Assembly (NCBI GenBank): GCA_021828105.1
Contig: JAKATG010000028.1
Coordinates: forward strand, 6,335 to 70,334
Length of the DNA stretch: 64,000 nucleotides
Direction of reading: 5' to 3'
Source: Pseudomonadota bacterium
GTDB lineage: Bacteria > Pseudomonadota > Alphaproteobacteria > Rhizobiales > Aestuariivirgaceae
The first letter of the stretch is position 1. Every line of letters starts with the position of its first letter. Below the pieces are notes generated by a model. The model had not been told where the DNA came from. It worked only from the letters and a program-made list of their open reading frames with translations, and did no database searches. A program made the translations under genes and the position numbers. Below are positions 11,353 to 20,318 of the stretch, piece by piece.

Positions 11353-11437
11353 GGGATGAAACTCTTTCCTGACGCGGGGAGATGCGCGTCTGAAAATGAC
11401 TTTACCTCAATAGACCGCAGAGCATCCAGTAGTTTGG

Positions 11438-12721
11438 TCAATCTGAAGGCAATCTTTCGAGGCTGGTATCCGTTAGCAAGTATATCCCGAGTGCTCGACG
11501 TACTTGTTGTGCCGTAAAGCTCTTGGATTTGGCCTCGAACCAAGCCTTGTAATGCTCAAGCTTTGCGTCGATCTGCCCGTCCATTTGCTTGAAGGGTAAT
11601 CTGTCCGTGGTGAACGAGTATGATTTCCCCCAGCTCCTAAGGCTATTGTCAATTCGCCCGAGAGATTGAATAAATGCAAACTCACAATTTCTCGCATCAT
11701 TGTTGGTTATTAACCGATCAATCACAGCCTTAGCGGCAAAAATTTCGTTGTCGACTTTCTTAAGCGCCCTCTCGATCGAATTGCGATCAGGCGTTACGCG
11801 TTGGTCATGTATTCGACACCCCAAGAAGACGAAGCCCTTTCTTACATGGCCCTGATCTGCTTTGTCCGGATTCTTGGATGGATCATAAAAGTGCATTCCA
11901 AGAGGCTTCAGCGCATTTTTGGCAGCAGCTTTAGCCGTGACGACAGCTTCGTTCGTCTTTCCGAAGATGATCACGTCGTCAATATAGCGATACGCCCTCG
12001 TAGCAGGAGTGTTTAGCTGTCTATCAAAGTTGTGTAGCAGCACATTCCCGGCGAAGGCAGATAGCGAAGATCCTTGTGCTACGCCTATGCCATCATGAGG
12101 AAAGAGATCAAAGTACCTTCCAAGGCGTTCCTTGTTAGCAAGCTCTACGTTGAGGGCTTTAGTGAATAACTGAGCGAGACGCAGGTCTTTAGTTTGCTCC
12201 AGAACAAAATCTGCGACAGGCGCGTGTGTGATCTTTGTGAAGAAGCCGGCAATGTCGGATTTGAAGAAGAAGCTATATCCATCTTGAAGAGCTGTGAGCG
12301 TTTTTTGTATTCCTACTGGAACGCCACCATTTGGAATTCCGCCAACGCTGAACGGTGAAGAGTTTACTTCGCAAATCTTTCCAAGGTGAATATGAAGGGG
12401 GCTGTCCTCGGGTGATTGGAGAACATCCAAGATGGCTCGTTGGACCACACGTGCTTCAACAGTGGCTATTACGATCGGGCGAGGATCTTTACCTGACGCT
12501 TCTCTTTTGTGTCGGTCCTTTAAGATTCCTTGCGCTCTAGGAAATTGGTATGTGCCCTTTAGCAATCTGCTTTGGATGCTTAGTAGTTTAGTGGAACAGT
12601 TTTCTTCAAATTCTTGAGCGGCAGATTTGATGTCTGGATTGTTGGATGCAAGCGCGCTCTTTCGGACGTGATGCCACGCCACTTGCAAGCTTTTCATTCT
12701 GGTAAGTGACTTATAAAGCAA
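11438..12721 (-). CDS. Group II intron-like reverse transcriptase (YIDD; G2L4-like), no endonuclease domain
   Basis: N-terminal RT0-like AWHHV...EFEEN...GTYQF; RPIVIATVEARVVQRAI; SDIAGFF; GVAQGSSLS; YRYIDD (11975-11986); FVFLG; thumb-like LRSWGKSY. TTG start per ORF track, alternative ATG at 12697. Confidence 0.93.
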   Translation of the reverse strand: MLYKSLTRMKSLQVAWHHVRKSALASNNPDIKSAAQEFEENCSTKLLSIQSRLLKGTYQFPRAQGILKDRHKREASGKDPRPIVIATVEARVVQRAILDVLQSPEDSPLHIHLGKICEVNSSPFSVGGIPNGGVPVGIQKTLTALQDGYSFFFKSDIAGFFTKITHAPVADFVLEQTKDLRLAQLFTKALNVELANKERLGRYFDLFPHDGIGVAQGSSLSAFAGNVLLHNFDRQLNTPATRAYRYIDDVIIFGKTNEAVVTAKAAAKNALKPLGMHFYDPSKNPDKADQGHVRKGFVFLGCRIHDQRVTPDRNSIERALKKVDNEIFAAKAVIDRLITNNDARNCEFAFIQSLGRIDNSLRSWGKSYSFTTDRLPFKQMDGQIDAKLEHYKAWFEAKSKSFTAQQVRRALGIYLLTDTSLERLPSD

Positions 12722-12791
12722 TCACCGTTCCATTGCGTCTGTCGGGTACCTTCATTTTCGACAATCACCCGACCGTTGCGCATTAGCTCAC

Positions 12792-12924
12792 TACAGGGCA
12801 CGACAACAGAAGCTCTGCGGTCGCGACGATCTGCACCCTTCCTGCTTGCGCATTCGGGGCGATGCCAGCTTGCCCGGTCAACTCAAGACCCAAATTTACA
12901 GTCCCGAACGGACCACAAGCAGCA
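12792..12924 (-). repeat. 133-bp direct repeat, RT-proximal copy
   Basis: Identical to 13144-13276 except A12915 vs G13267. Confidence 0.97.
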
Positions 12925-13143
12925 ATAGCAGCCTGGACAAGCAGCCATAGAGCCGCCGCCCATGTTAGGAGTTTTTCATATGGTCGCGCCGCATTTCCGT
13001 AGCCTTGACCCTATCAGGTTTTTGGCAATGTCAACTGCGCCGAGGCCAACGCCGCAGCCCGTTGTAGAAAGACTATCTGCCGGTTGAAGGACCCTACTGG
13101 GAATGTCGCCGGCATTTAGTCTGACGGTCGAGCGGCTATGCTT

Positions 13144-13276
13144 TACAGGGCACGACAACAGAAGCTCTGCGGTCGCGACGATCTGCACCCTTCCTGCTTG
13201 CGCATTCGGGGCGATGCCAGCTTGCCCGGTCAACTCAAGACCCAAATTTACAGTCCCGAACGGACCGCAAGCAGCA
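13144..13276 (-). repeat. 133-bp direct repeat, RT-distal copy
   Basis: Offset 352 bp from the first copy; 132/133 identity. Confidence 0.97.
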
Positions 13277-13567
13277 TCAAACACTCCCTAGTTGTAGGAG
13301 TACAAAAGGAGAAAATCAACCATATTTTGCGTTGCCCTACCAGATTTGGTGCGTCGGGCGTTGGCAATCCACAATCTTCTTGAGGCTGTGGAAAAACATC
13401 GGATTGCTTAGCCTCCCGCCGAGGGCGCGATTCGCAAGAGTTCTCAATCCCTAGTCCTAGATTGGATGGAGCACCCAAAAGTGAAGCGTTGTAGGGCCAC
13501 AGCGATTGACGCCTCTACTGCCTTGCCTAGTCTGATCATCGGGACGGCGTGGCACGGAGGCTTTGCC

Positions 13568-14365
13568 ATGCGCAGGACGGCATTTCGGTTACTTGGCGCG
13601 GCCTTCGCCGTCGCGGTCTCCTCGCTCGCTGCCGTCGCGGCCGACACGCCAGTCGATCTCGAGCTGGTTCTGGCGGTCGACGTCTCGCGCTCGATGGATA
13701 TCGATGAGCAGACCTTGCAGCGCAATGGCTATGTGGCGGCCTTCCGCCACAAGGACGTGATCGAGGCCATATCCTCGGGCCCGAGCGGCCGCATCGCAGT
13801 GAGCTATGTCGAATGGGCGGGGCCTGCCTTCCAGACGACGCTCATGCCCTGGACGATCATCGATGGGGAGGCTTCGGCCCGTGCCTTTGCCGACCGTCTT
13901 GCCGCCGCCCCCATGTCGCACGAACATGGCACGTCGATCTCGAACGGCTTGATCTTTGTGGGACCGAGCTTCGAGGGCAACGGCCTTGCCGGCGAGCGCC
14001 GTGTCATCGACGTCTCGGGCGACGGGCCCAACAATATGGGGGTGCCGGTGAATATCGCCCGCGATCCGCTGATCGCCTCAGGGATAACCATCAACGGCCT
14101 GCCGATCATGATCAAGCGGCCCGGCGGTTTTGCCTCGATCGAGAATCTCGATATCTATTACGAGGATTGCGTCATTGGCGGCACCGGTGCTTTCCTGGTG
14201 CCGGTGACCGACATCCAGAAGCTCGCTTCGGCGATCCGCCGCAAGCTGGTGCTGGAGATCGCCGCAAGGCCCGCCGGGCTCGTCAAGGCGAGCGACGCCA
14301 AGGCTGCGCCCAGGGTCGATTGCATGATCGGGGAGAAGCTGCGCGAGCAGTGGATGAGGGAGTAA
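13568..14365 (+). CDS. DUF1194 (vWA-like) exported protein
   Basis: Signal peptide; VDLELVLAVDVSRS, RVIDVSGDGPNN, YYEDCVIGG. Confidence 0.88.
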   Translation: MRRTAFRLLGAAFAVAVSSLAAVAADTPVDLELVLAVDVSRSMDIDEQTLQRNGYVAAFRHKDVIEAISSGPSGRIAVSYVEWAGPAFQTTLMPWTIIDGEASARAFADRLAAAPMSHEHGTSISNGLIFVGPSFEGNGLAGERRVIDVSGDGPNNMGVPVNIARDPLIASGITINGLPIMIKRPGGFASIENLDIYYEDCVIGGTGAFLVPVTDIQKLASAIRRKLVLEIAARPAGLVKASDAKAAPRVDCMIGEKLREQWMRE

Positions 14366-14374
14366 GGGAAAAGC

Positions 14375-15544
14375 TTGAGACATCTGCTGCGTACCCGCAA
14401 AGGCCATGAGCATGCGCGGGTCACTTTCGTCGAATTGTTCTTCGACCTGGTCTTCGTCTTTGCGGTAACCCAGCTCTCGCATGCGCTGCTGGCGCATTTC
14501 TCCGTTCTGGGCGCGGTCGAGACCCTGGTCCTGATGATGGCGGTCTGGTGGGTGTGGATCTACACCTCCTGGGTCACCAATTGGCTCGACCCCGAGCGCG
14601 TGCCCGTGCGCCTCGCGCTGTTCGCCATCATGGCCCTGGGCCTCATCATGTCGGCCGCCATCCCCTCGGCCTTCGCCCAATTGGGCCTCGTCTTCGCACT
14701 CGCCCATGTGTCGATCCAGGTCGGCCGCACGCTCTTCATGCTGTGGGGCGTTCGCGGCCATGCCGCGCTCAGCCTCAATTTCCGCCGCATCCTCGCCTGG
14801 CTCTGCGTCTCGGGCGTGTTCTGGATCGCCGGCGGCTTCATGGAAGGCGAGGCCCGCTTGGTGATCTGGGCGGCAGCGCTCGTCATCGAATATCTGGGGC
14901 CGTCGCAAGGCTTCTGGACGCCGGGCCTCGGCCGCTCGACCACCGCCGACTGGGATGTCGAGGGCGGCCATATGGCGGAACGCTGCGGCCTCTTCGTCAT
15001 CATCGCGCTGGGTGAATCCATCCTGGTGACGGGTGCCACCTTCAGCGGACTCGCCTGGAGCCTCCCGGTGGTGCTGGCTTTCCTGTCGGCCTTCCTTGGA
15101 AGCGTCGCCATGTGGTGGATCTATTTCAATGCCGGCGCCGAGCGCGGCACGCTCACCATCACCTCATCCGGCGATCCGGGCCGGCTGGCGCGCCTCGCAT
15201 ACACCTACATCCATCTCTTCATCGTCGCCGGCATCATCGTGACCGCGGTCGGCGATGAATTCACGCTCGCCCATCCCGATGGTCATGCCGATCTCAAGAC
15301 GGCCTCGGCAATCGTGGGCGGGCCGGCGCTCTATCTCATCGGCACGCTGCTCTTCCGCTGCGCCGTCACCGGACGCCTGCCGAAGGTCCAACTCCTGGCC
15401 CTCATCGCCATGGCCATCATCTTCGCCGCCGCGAGCCTGGTCTCGCCGCTCATCCTGAGCCTCGCCACGACCATCGTCCTGGTGATCGTTGCCTTTGCCG
15501 AGAAAGGTGCCGCCCAGGAACTGAAAGAGATCCATTCCGCATGA
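14375..15544 (+). CDS. Low temperature requirement protein A family membrane protein
   Basis: ELFFDLVFVFAVTQLS, HMAERCGLFVIIALGES. Confidence 0.9.
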   Translation: MRHLLRTRKGHEHARVTFVELFFDLVFVFAVTQLSHALLAHFSVLGAVETLVLMMAVWWVWIYTSWVTNWLDPERVPVRLALFAIMALGLIMSAAIPSAFAQLGLVFALAHVSIQVGRTLFMLWGVRGHAALSLNFRRILAWLCVSGVFWIAGGFMEGEARLVIWAAALVIEYLGPSQGFWTPGLGRSTTADWDVEGGHMAERCGLFVIIALGESILVTGATFSGLAWSLPVVLAFLSAFLGSVAMWWIYFNAGAERGTLTITSSGDPGRLARLAYTYIHLFIVAGIIVTAVGDEFTLAHPDGHADLKTASAIVGGPALYLIGTLLFRCAVTGRLPKVQLLALIAMAIIFAAASLVSPLILSLATTIVLVIVAFAEKGAAQELKEIHSA

Positions 15545-16026
15545 CCCTGATCCATTCGATCGGCGCAGCCGAGCATTGGCGCATCCTCGCTCTCAACAAT
15601 GCCCATGCGGTTGAGACATCCGTTCTCGACGAGGTGCGTCTCGCTTCCATGCTGGACGAGGCCTTCCTTGCCACCCGCATCGGCGATGTCGACGCCTTCC
15701 TGATCGTCTTCGATCAGCAGGCGCGCTATGACAGCCCGAATTTCACCTGGTTCCAGGCGAAATATCCCGACTTCGTCTATGTCGACCGGATCATCACCGG
15801 CCCAAATGCCCGGGGCAAAGGCTATGCCCGGGCGCTTTATGAGGATCTGTTCGAAAAGGCGGCTGCCCGGGGCCATAAAAGGGTGGTCTGCGAGGTCAAT
15901 ATCGACCCCCCGAACCCAGGTTCCGACGCCTTCCACGCCGCCCTGGGCTTTGCCGAGGTCGGCCGGCAGCTTTTGGCCGGTTCTGGCAAGACCGTCCGTT
16001 ATCTGAGTAAGGATATTCCTAGCTAG
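15541..16026 (+). CDS. GNAT family acetyltransferase
   Basis: YVDRIITGPNARGKGYARALY, CEVNIDPPNPGSDAFH. Confidence 0.88.
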   Translation: MTLIHSIGAAEHWRILALNNAHAVETSVLDEVRLASMLDEAFLATRIGDVDAFLIVFDQQARYDSPNFTWFQAKYPDFVYVDRIITGPNARGKGYARALYEDLFEKAAARGHKRVVCEVNIDPPNPGSDAFHAALGFAEVGRQLLAGSGKTVRYLSKDIPS

Positions 16027-16239
16027 GAATTGACGGCTCCGGCGGGCCGCCGCGTTTGGCGGATTTGCCATGTCAAGGCCCGTTTTCATGCCGGATTGGC
16101 CGCCGATTTTCCTATCAAAATGCACGAAATTCGCAGGTTTTTCGGCCCATTTTGTCGCGTTTTTCGGGGCTGGTTTTAGGCCTCCGGGATGCTACCGTTT
16201 TGCTGCGGCAACGGTCTTTTTTGTCAGTGAGTGAATGTC

Positions 16240-16383
16240 ATGCCTGTCTTCGAGGAGTGGTTCGAGTACGATTATGAGGAAGTTCTTCTTGGTGCGGTGA
16301 AGGCCGAAACCAAGCGCAAGCGGGACGAGTTGCTTGCGCTCCGTCTGCGCCATCGCAGGCCACCCACGCGGCCCCAGAAGTAA
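16240..16383 (+). CDS. Candidate 47-aa small protein
   Basis: ATG 16240 to TAA 16383 in a long intergenic gap; mostly G/C-ending codons. Confidence 0.45.
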   Translation: MPVFEEWFEYDYEEVLLGAVKAETKRKRDELLALRLRHRRPPTRPQK

Positions 16384-16596
16384 CACTTCACCGCTTCCCA
16401 AGGGGACCGCGTCGGTCCCGATCCCGCCACAAGCGCGTGCCGCCCGGACCCGTCATCCCGGGCGGCATTATTTTGAGCCTCCTTCTAAAGTCTATCGTTC
16501 CGGGGATTGACGCCACAGCAAAAAGCAGCACGATTGCATCCTGGCAGCGTCCGTAAGAGACGCGGGGTGAGTCCCACGACATCGGGAGGGAAGGGC

Positions 16597-18564
16597 TTGT
16601 CTGAGCGCGATCAGGCACCTGACGATACATTCCCCAAGCTTTTTCAGTTCAACGCCCGGACGCGCGGCGGGCGCGCCGCGATGCGCCACAAGGATTTCGG
16701 CATCTGGCAATCCTGGAGCTGGGCGCAAGCGCATGAGATCGTTCGCGCCTTGGCGCAAGGTCTCGCCGGGCTCGGTGCCGAGCCAGGCGACAGGATCGCG
16801 ATCATCGGCTCCAACCGGCCTTATCTCTACTGGACGATCGCGGCCGCCCAATGCCTGGGCGCAGTGCCGGTGCCGATCTATGCCGATGCCGTCGCCGACG
16901 AGATGGCCTTCGTGCTCGAGCATGCCGAGATCCGCTTCGCCGCGGTCGAGGATCAGGAGCAGGTCGACAAGATTATTGGGGTCGCAAGCCGGCTGCCGGC
17001 GCTCAAAGCCATCCTCTATGACGAGAAGCGCGGGCTTCGCGACTACGATCACACGAAGCTCCACGCGCTGGCGGGCATCATCGGCAAGGGACGCGAAACG
17101 CTCCGCGATCCGAAAGCCGCAAGCCAGCTCGATGCGGCCATCGCCCGGGGCAAAGGCAGCGACATCGCCGTCATTCTCTATACTTCGGGCACGACCGGAC
17201 GGCCCAAGGGGGTGATGCTCACTTACGACAATCTCCTGGCGAGCGCCCGCATCGGCATCGCTTTCGACGGCCTCACCGACAAGGACGATATCATCGCCTA
17301 TTTGCCCATGGCCTGGGTCGGCGATCACGTCTTCTCCTACGGCCAGGCGATCCTCGCCGGCTATTGCGTGAGCTGTCCCGAGAAGCCAGAGACGATCGTC
17401 CAGGACCGGCGCGAGATCGGGCCGACTTATGTCTTTGCCCCGCCGCGCGTCTTCGAGAACCTGCTCACCCTCACCATGGTGCGCATGGAGGATGCGGGCC
17501 ACGTGAAGCGCTGGATGTTCGACCATTTCCTCAACGTGGCGCGCCAATGGGGCGACAGGATCCTGAGCGATGAGAAGGTGCCGCTCTGGGCAAGATTGCA
17601 TTACGCTTTGGGCAATCTCCTGGTCTATGCGCCCTTGCGCAACCGCTATGGCCTCTCGAAAGTGAAGGTCGGCTATACGGCGGGCGAGGCCATCGGGGCC
17701 GAGATCTTCAGCTTCTATCGCTCGATCGGCGTCAATCTTAAGCAGCTCTATGGCCAGACCGAAGCCTCGGTCTATGTCACCTTGCAGCCGGATGGCGAGA
17801 TCAAGCCCGACACGGTCGGCAAGCCCGCACCTTCCGTCGATATCCGTCTCAGTCCCTCGGGCGAGGTCGAGTTCAGAAGTCCGGGCGTCTTCCTCGGCTA
17901 TTACAAGGATCCGGAGCGCACCGCGGAGGTCAAGACGAAGGACGGCTATGTCCGCACCGGCGATGTCGGCTTCTTCGATGCGCAAGGCCATCTCAAGATC
18001 ATCGACCGCGCCAAGGATGTCGGAAGGCTCAATCACGGCGGCCTGTTTCCGCCCAAATATATCGAGAACAAGCTCAAATTCTATCCGAACATCAAGGAGG
18101 CGGTCGCCTTCGGCGATCGGCATGACAGCGTCGCCTGCTTCATCAATATCGACCCCGTGGCGGTCGGCAACTGGGCCGAGCGCAATGATGTGACCCACGC
18201 TTCCTATCAGGAGCTCGCCGCCGACCCGCGCGTCTATGACATGATCGCGGACCATGTCGAGGAGGTGAACCGGGCGCTCGCTCTGGAGCCCCAAATGCGG
18301 GGCGCCCAGATCGCGCGCTTCCTCATCCTGCCCAAGGAGCTCGATGCCGATGACGGCGAGCTCACCCGCACCCAGAAGGTCAGGCGCTCCCTCATCACCG
18401 AGCGCTATGCGGCGCTGGTCAAGGCGCTCTATGACGGATCGCCCAAGGCCCATCTCGATGTCGAGGTCACCTTCGAGGACGGCCGCAAGGGGCGAATCGC
18501 CGGCGATATCGTGATCCGCGATGTCGCGGTCGAGGCCGGACCCGGCCTGGAGCAGGCGGCATGA
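16597..18564 (+). CDS. Long-chain fatty acid-CoA ligase-like AMP-binding protein
   Basis: YTSGTTGRPKG, YGQTE, RTGDVG; TTG start chosen after GGGAGG. Confidence 0.9.
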   Translation: MSERDQAPDDTFPKLFQFNARTRGGRAAMRHKDFGIWQSWSWAQAHEIVRALAQGLAGLGAEPGDRIAIIGSNRPYLYWTIAAAQCLGAVPVPIYADAVADEMAFVLEHAEIRFAAVEDQEQVDKIIGVASRLPALKAILYDEKRGLRDYDHTKLHALAGIIGKGRETLRDPKAASQLDAAIARGKGSDIAVILYTSGTTGRPKGVMLTYDNLLASARIGIAFDGLTDKDDIIAYLPMAWVGDHVFSYGQAILAGYCVSCPEKPETIVQDRREIGPTYVFAPPRVFENLLTLTMVRMEDAGHVKRWMFDHFLNVARQWGDRILSDEKVPLWARLHYALGNLLVYAPLRNRYGLSKVKVGYTAGEAIGAEIFSFYRSIGVNLKQLYGQTEASVYVTLQPDGEIKPDTVGKPAPSVDIRLSPSGEVEFRSPGVFLGYYKDPERTAEVKTKDGYVRTGDVGFFDAQGHLKIIDRAKDVGRLNHGGLFPPKYIENKLKFYPNIKEAVAFGDRHDSVACFINIDPVAVGNWAERNDVTHASYQELAADPRVYDMIADHVEEVNRALALEPQMRGAQIARFLILPKELDADDGELTRTQKVRRSLITERYAALVKALYDGSPKAHLDVEVTFEDGRKGRIAGDIVIRDVAVEAGPGLEQAA

Positions 18565-19370
18565 CGCGCGCCGTCTCGCAAGAGATCATGCTCAATGTCG
18601 AGAATGTCTCGCTCGCCTTCGGCGGGGTGAAGGCCGTCACCGATATTTCCTTCGACATCCGCAAAGGCGAGATCCGCGCCATCATCGGGCCGAACGGCGC
18701 CGGCAAGACCTCGATGCTCAATGTCATCAACGGCTTCTACCACCCGCAGAAGGGCACGATCACCTTCAAGGGCAAGGTGCGCCGCCGGATGCGCCCCTCC
18801 GAGGCGGCGCGGTCAGGCATCGCCCGCACCTTCCAGAATGTGGCGCTGTTCCGCGGCATGTCGACCCTCGACAACATCATGTCGGGCCGCTCCCTCAAGA
18901 TGCATGAGAACTTCCTGTGGCAGCTCCTTTATCTGGGGCCGGCGCGCCGCGAGGAGATCGCGCACCGGAAGAAGGTCGAGGAGATCATCGACTTCCTCGA
19001 GATCCAGCACATCAGGCGCATTCCGGCGGGCAAGCTGTCCTACGGCCTGCAGAAGCGGGTCGAGCTCGGCCGGGCGCTGGCTATGGAGCCTGAGCTGCTC
19101 CTGCTCGATGAGCCGATGGCCGGCATGAATCTCGAGGAGAAGGAGGATATGAGCCGCTTCATCCTCGATGTGAACAGCGAGTTCGGCACCACCATCGCCC
19201 TCATCGAGCATGATATGGGTGTAGTCATGGACCTCTCCGACCGGGTGGTGGTCCTCGATTACGGCCGCAAGATCGCCGACGGCACGCCCAAGGAGGTGAA
19301 GTCCAACCAGGATGTGATCGACGCCTATCTGGGCGTCGCTCATGAGGAGGCCGAGCGATGGACCCCCTGA
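18561..19370 (+). CDS. Branched-chain-type ABC ATP-binding protein (LivG-like)
   Basis: GPNGAGKTS, LLDEPMAGM, EHDM. Confidence 0.92.
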   Translation: MTRAVSQEIMLNVENVSLAFGGVKAVTDISFDIRKGEIRAIIGPNGAGKTSMLNVINGFYHPQKGTITFKGKVRRRMRPSEAARSGIARTFQNVALFRGMSTLDNIMSGRSLKMHENFLWQLLYLGPARREEIAHRKKVEEIIDFLEIQHIRRIPAGKLSYGLQKRVELGRALAMEPELLLLDEPMAGMNLEEKEDMSRFILDVNSEFGTTIALIEHDMGVVMDLSDRVVVLDYGRKIADGTPKEVKSNQDVIDAYLGVAHEEAERWTP

Positions 19371-20317
19371 ACCAGATCTTCGTGGCGCCTTTCGTGCAGA
19401 TGGCCGGGGCGCCCGATTTCCTGGCCCAGGTCCTGTGGGAGGGCTTCGTCTCCGGCATACTTTATGCGCTCATCGCTCTGGGCTTCGTCCTGATCTTCAA
19501 GGCCTCGGGTGTCTTCAATTTCGCGCAAGGCATCATGGTGGTGTTCGCGGCTTTGACGCTGGTCGGCCTCTATCAGAAGGGCGTACCCGCCATCCTGGCG
19601 CTCATTCTGACGATCGCCGTCATGGGCGTGCTGGCGCTCGCGGTCGAGCGCCTCATCATGCGGCCCTTGGTCAACCAGCCCGAGATCATCCTGCTGATGG
19701 CGACGATCGGGCTCACTTATTTCCTGGTCGGGCTCGGCGAGTTCGTGTTCGGCGGCGAGCCCAAGCAGATGATCACCGAGGAATTGGGCCTGCCCACCGG
19801 CTCGACCGAGATCCCGTTTGGGGAGCAGGGCGTGGTGATCCTCCAGCATATCGATATCGCCGCCGCCGTGATCGCGCTCGTCATGGTAGCGGCACTCGGC
19901 CTGTTCTTCAGCCGCACCCGCATCGGCCGCGCCCTGCGCGCCGTCGCCGATGACCACCAGGCGGCCCTTTCCGTCGGCATCTCGCTCAACCAGATCTGGG
20001 CCATCGTGTGGTTTGCGGCAGGGATCGTGGCGCTGGCGACGGGCATCATGTGGGGTGCCCGTTCCGATGTCTCCTTCGCGCTCGAGATCATTGCGCTCCG
20101 CGCTTTGCCGGTCCTGATCCTCGGCGGCTTCACCTCGGTGCCGGGCGCCATTGTCGGCGGGCTCATCATCGGCATCGGCGAGAAACTGGGCGAGATCTAT
20201 TGGGGGCCGCTGCTCGGCGGCGGCATCGAATCCTGGCTCGCCTATATGATCGCGCTGATCTTCCTCTTGTTCCGGCCGCAAGGTCTCTTCGGCGAAAGGT
20301 TCATCGAGCGGGTGTAG
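19358..20317 (+). CDS. Branched-chain-type ABC permease (LivH-like)
   Basis: YALIALGFVLIFKASGVFNFAQG. Confidence 0.9.
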   Translation: MDPLNQIFVAPFVQMAGAPDFLAQVLWEGFVSGILYALIALGFVLIFKASGVFNFAQGIMVVFAALTLVGLYQKGVPAILALILTIAVMGVLALAVERLIMRPLVNQPEIILLMATIGLTYFLVGLGEFVFGGEPKQMITEELGLPTGSTEIPFGEQGVVILQHIDIAAAVIALVMVAALGLFFSRTRIGRALRAVADDHQAALSVGISLNQIWAIVWFAAGIVALATGIMWGARSDVSFALEIIALRALPVLILGGFTSVPGAIVGGLIIGIGEKLGEIYWGPLLGGGIESWLAYMIALIFLLFRPQGLFGERFIERV

Positions 20318-20318
20318 G

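Larger units (their letters stand above)
12722..13300 (-). ncRNA. Putative RT-associated structured RNA (repeat-spacer-repeat leader); ends uncertain
   Basis: Many nested stems in repeats, spacer and linker; several need G-U pairs available only on the minus strand; no credible CDS. Confidence 0.55.

Noticed and set aside
11438-12721. Intact group II intron or retron
   Set aside because: No recognisable domain V/VI downstream of the ORF and no interrupted host gene; lacks the retron NAxxH and VTG signatures.
12792-13276. CRISPR array or RT-Cas1 system
   Set aside because: Only two 133-bp repeats, far longer than CRISPR repeats, and no cas genes in the window.
12792-13276. DGR template/variable repeat pair
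   Set aside because: Only one A/G difference; neither copy lies at the 3' end of a credible target gene; no Avd; the RT has QGSSLSA rather than the DGR-type SQ motif.
12976-13383. ORFs 12976-13284(-) and 13138-13383(+) as RT partner proteins
   Set aside because: They run through a structured repeat, have no convincing RBS or motif, and look like chance frames; not fully excluded without Ribo-seq.
14375-15544. Link between 'LtrA' and the neighbouring RT
   Set aside because: Name coincidence: this is the low-temperature-requirement membrane protein, not the Ll.LtrB maturase.
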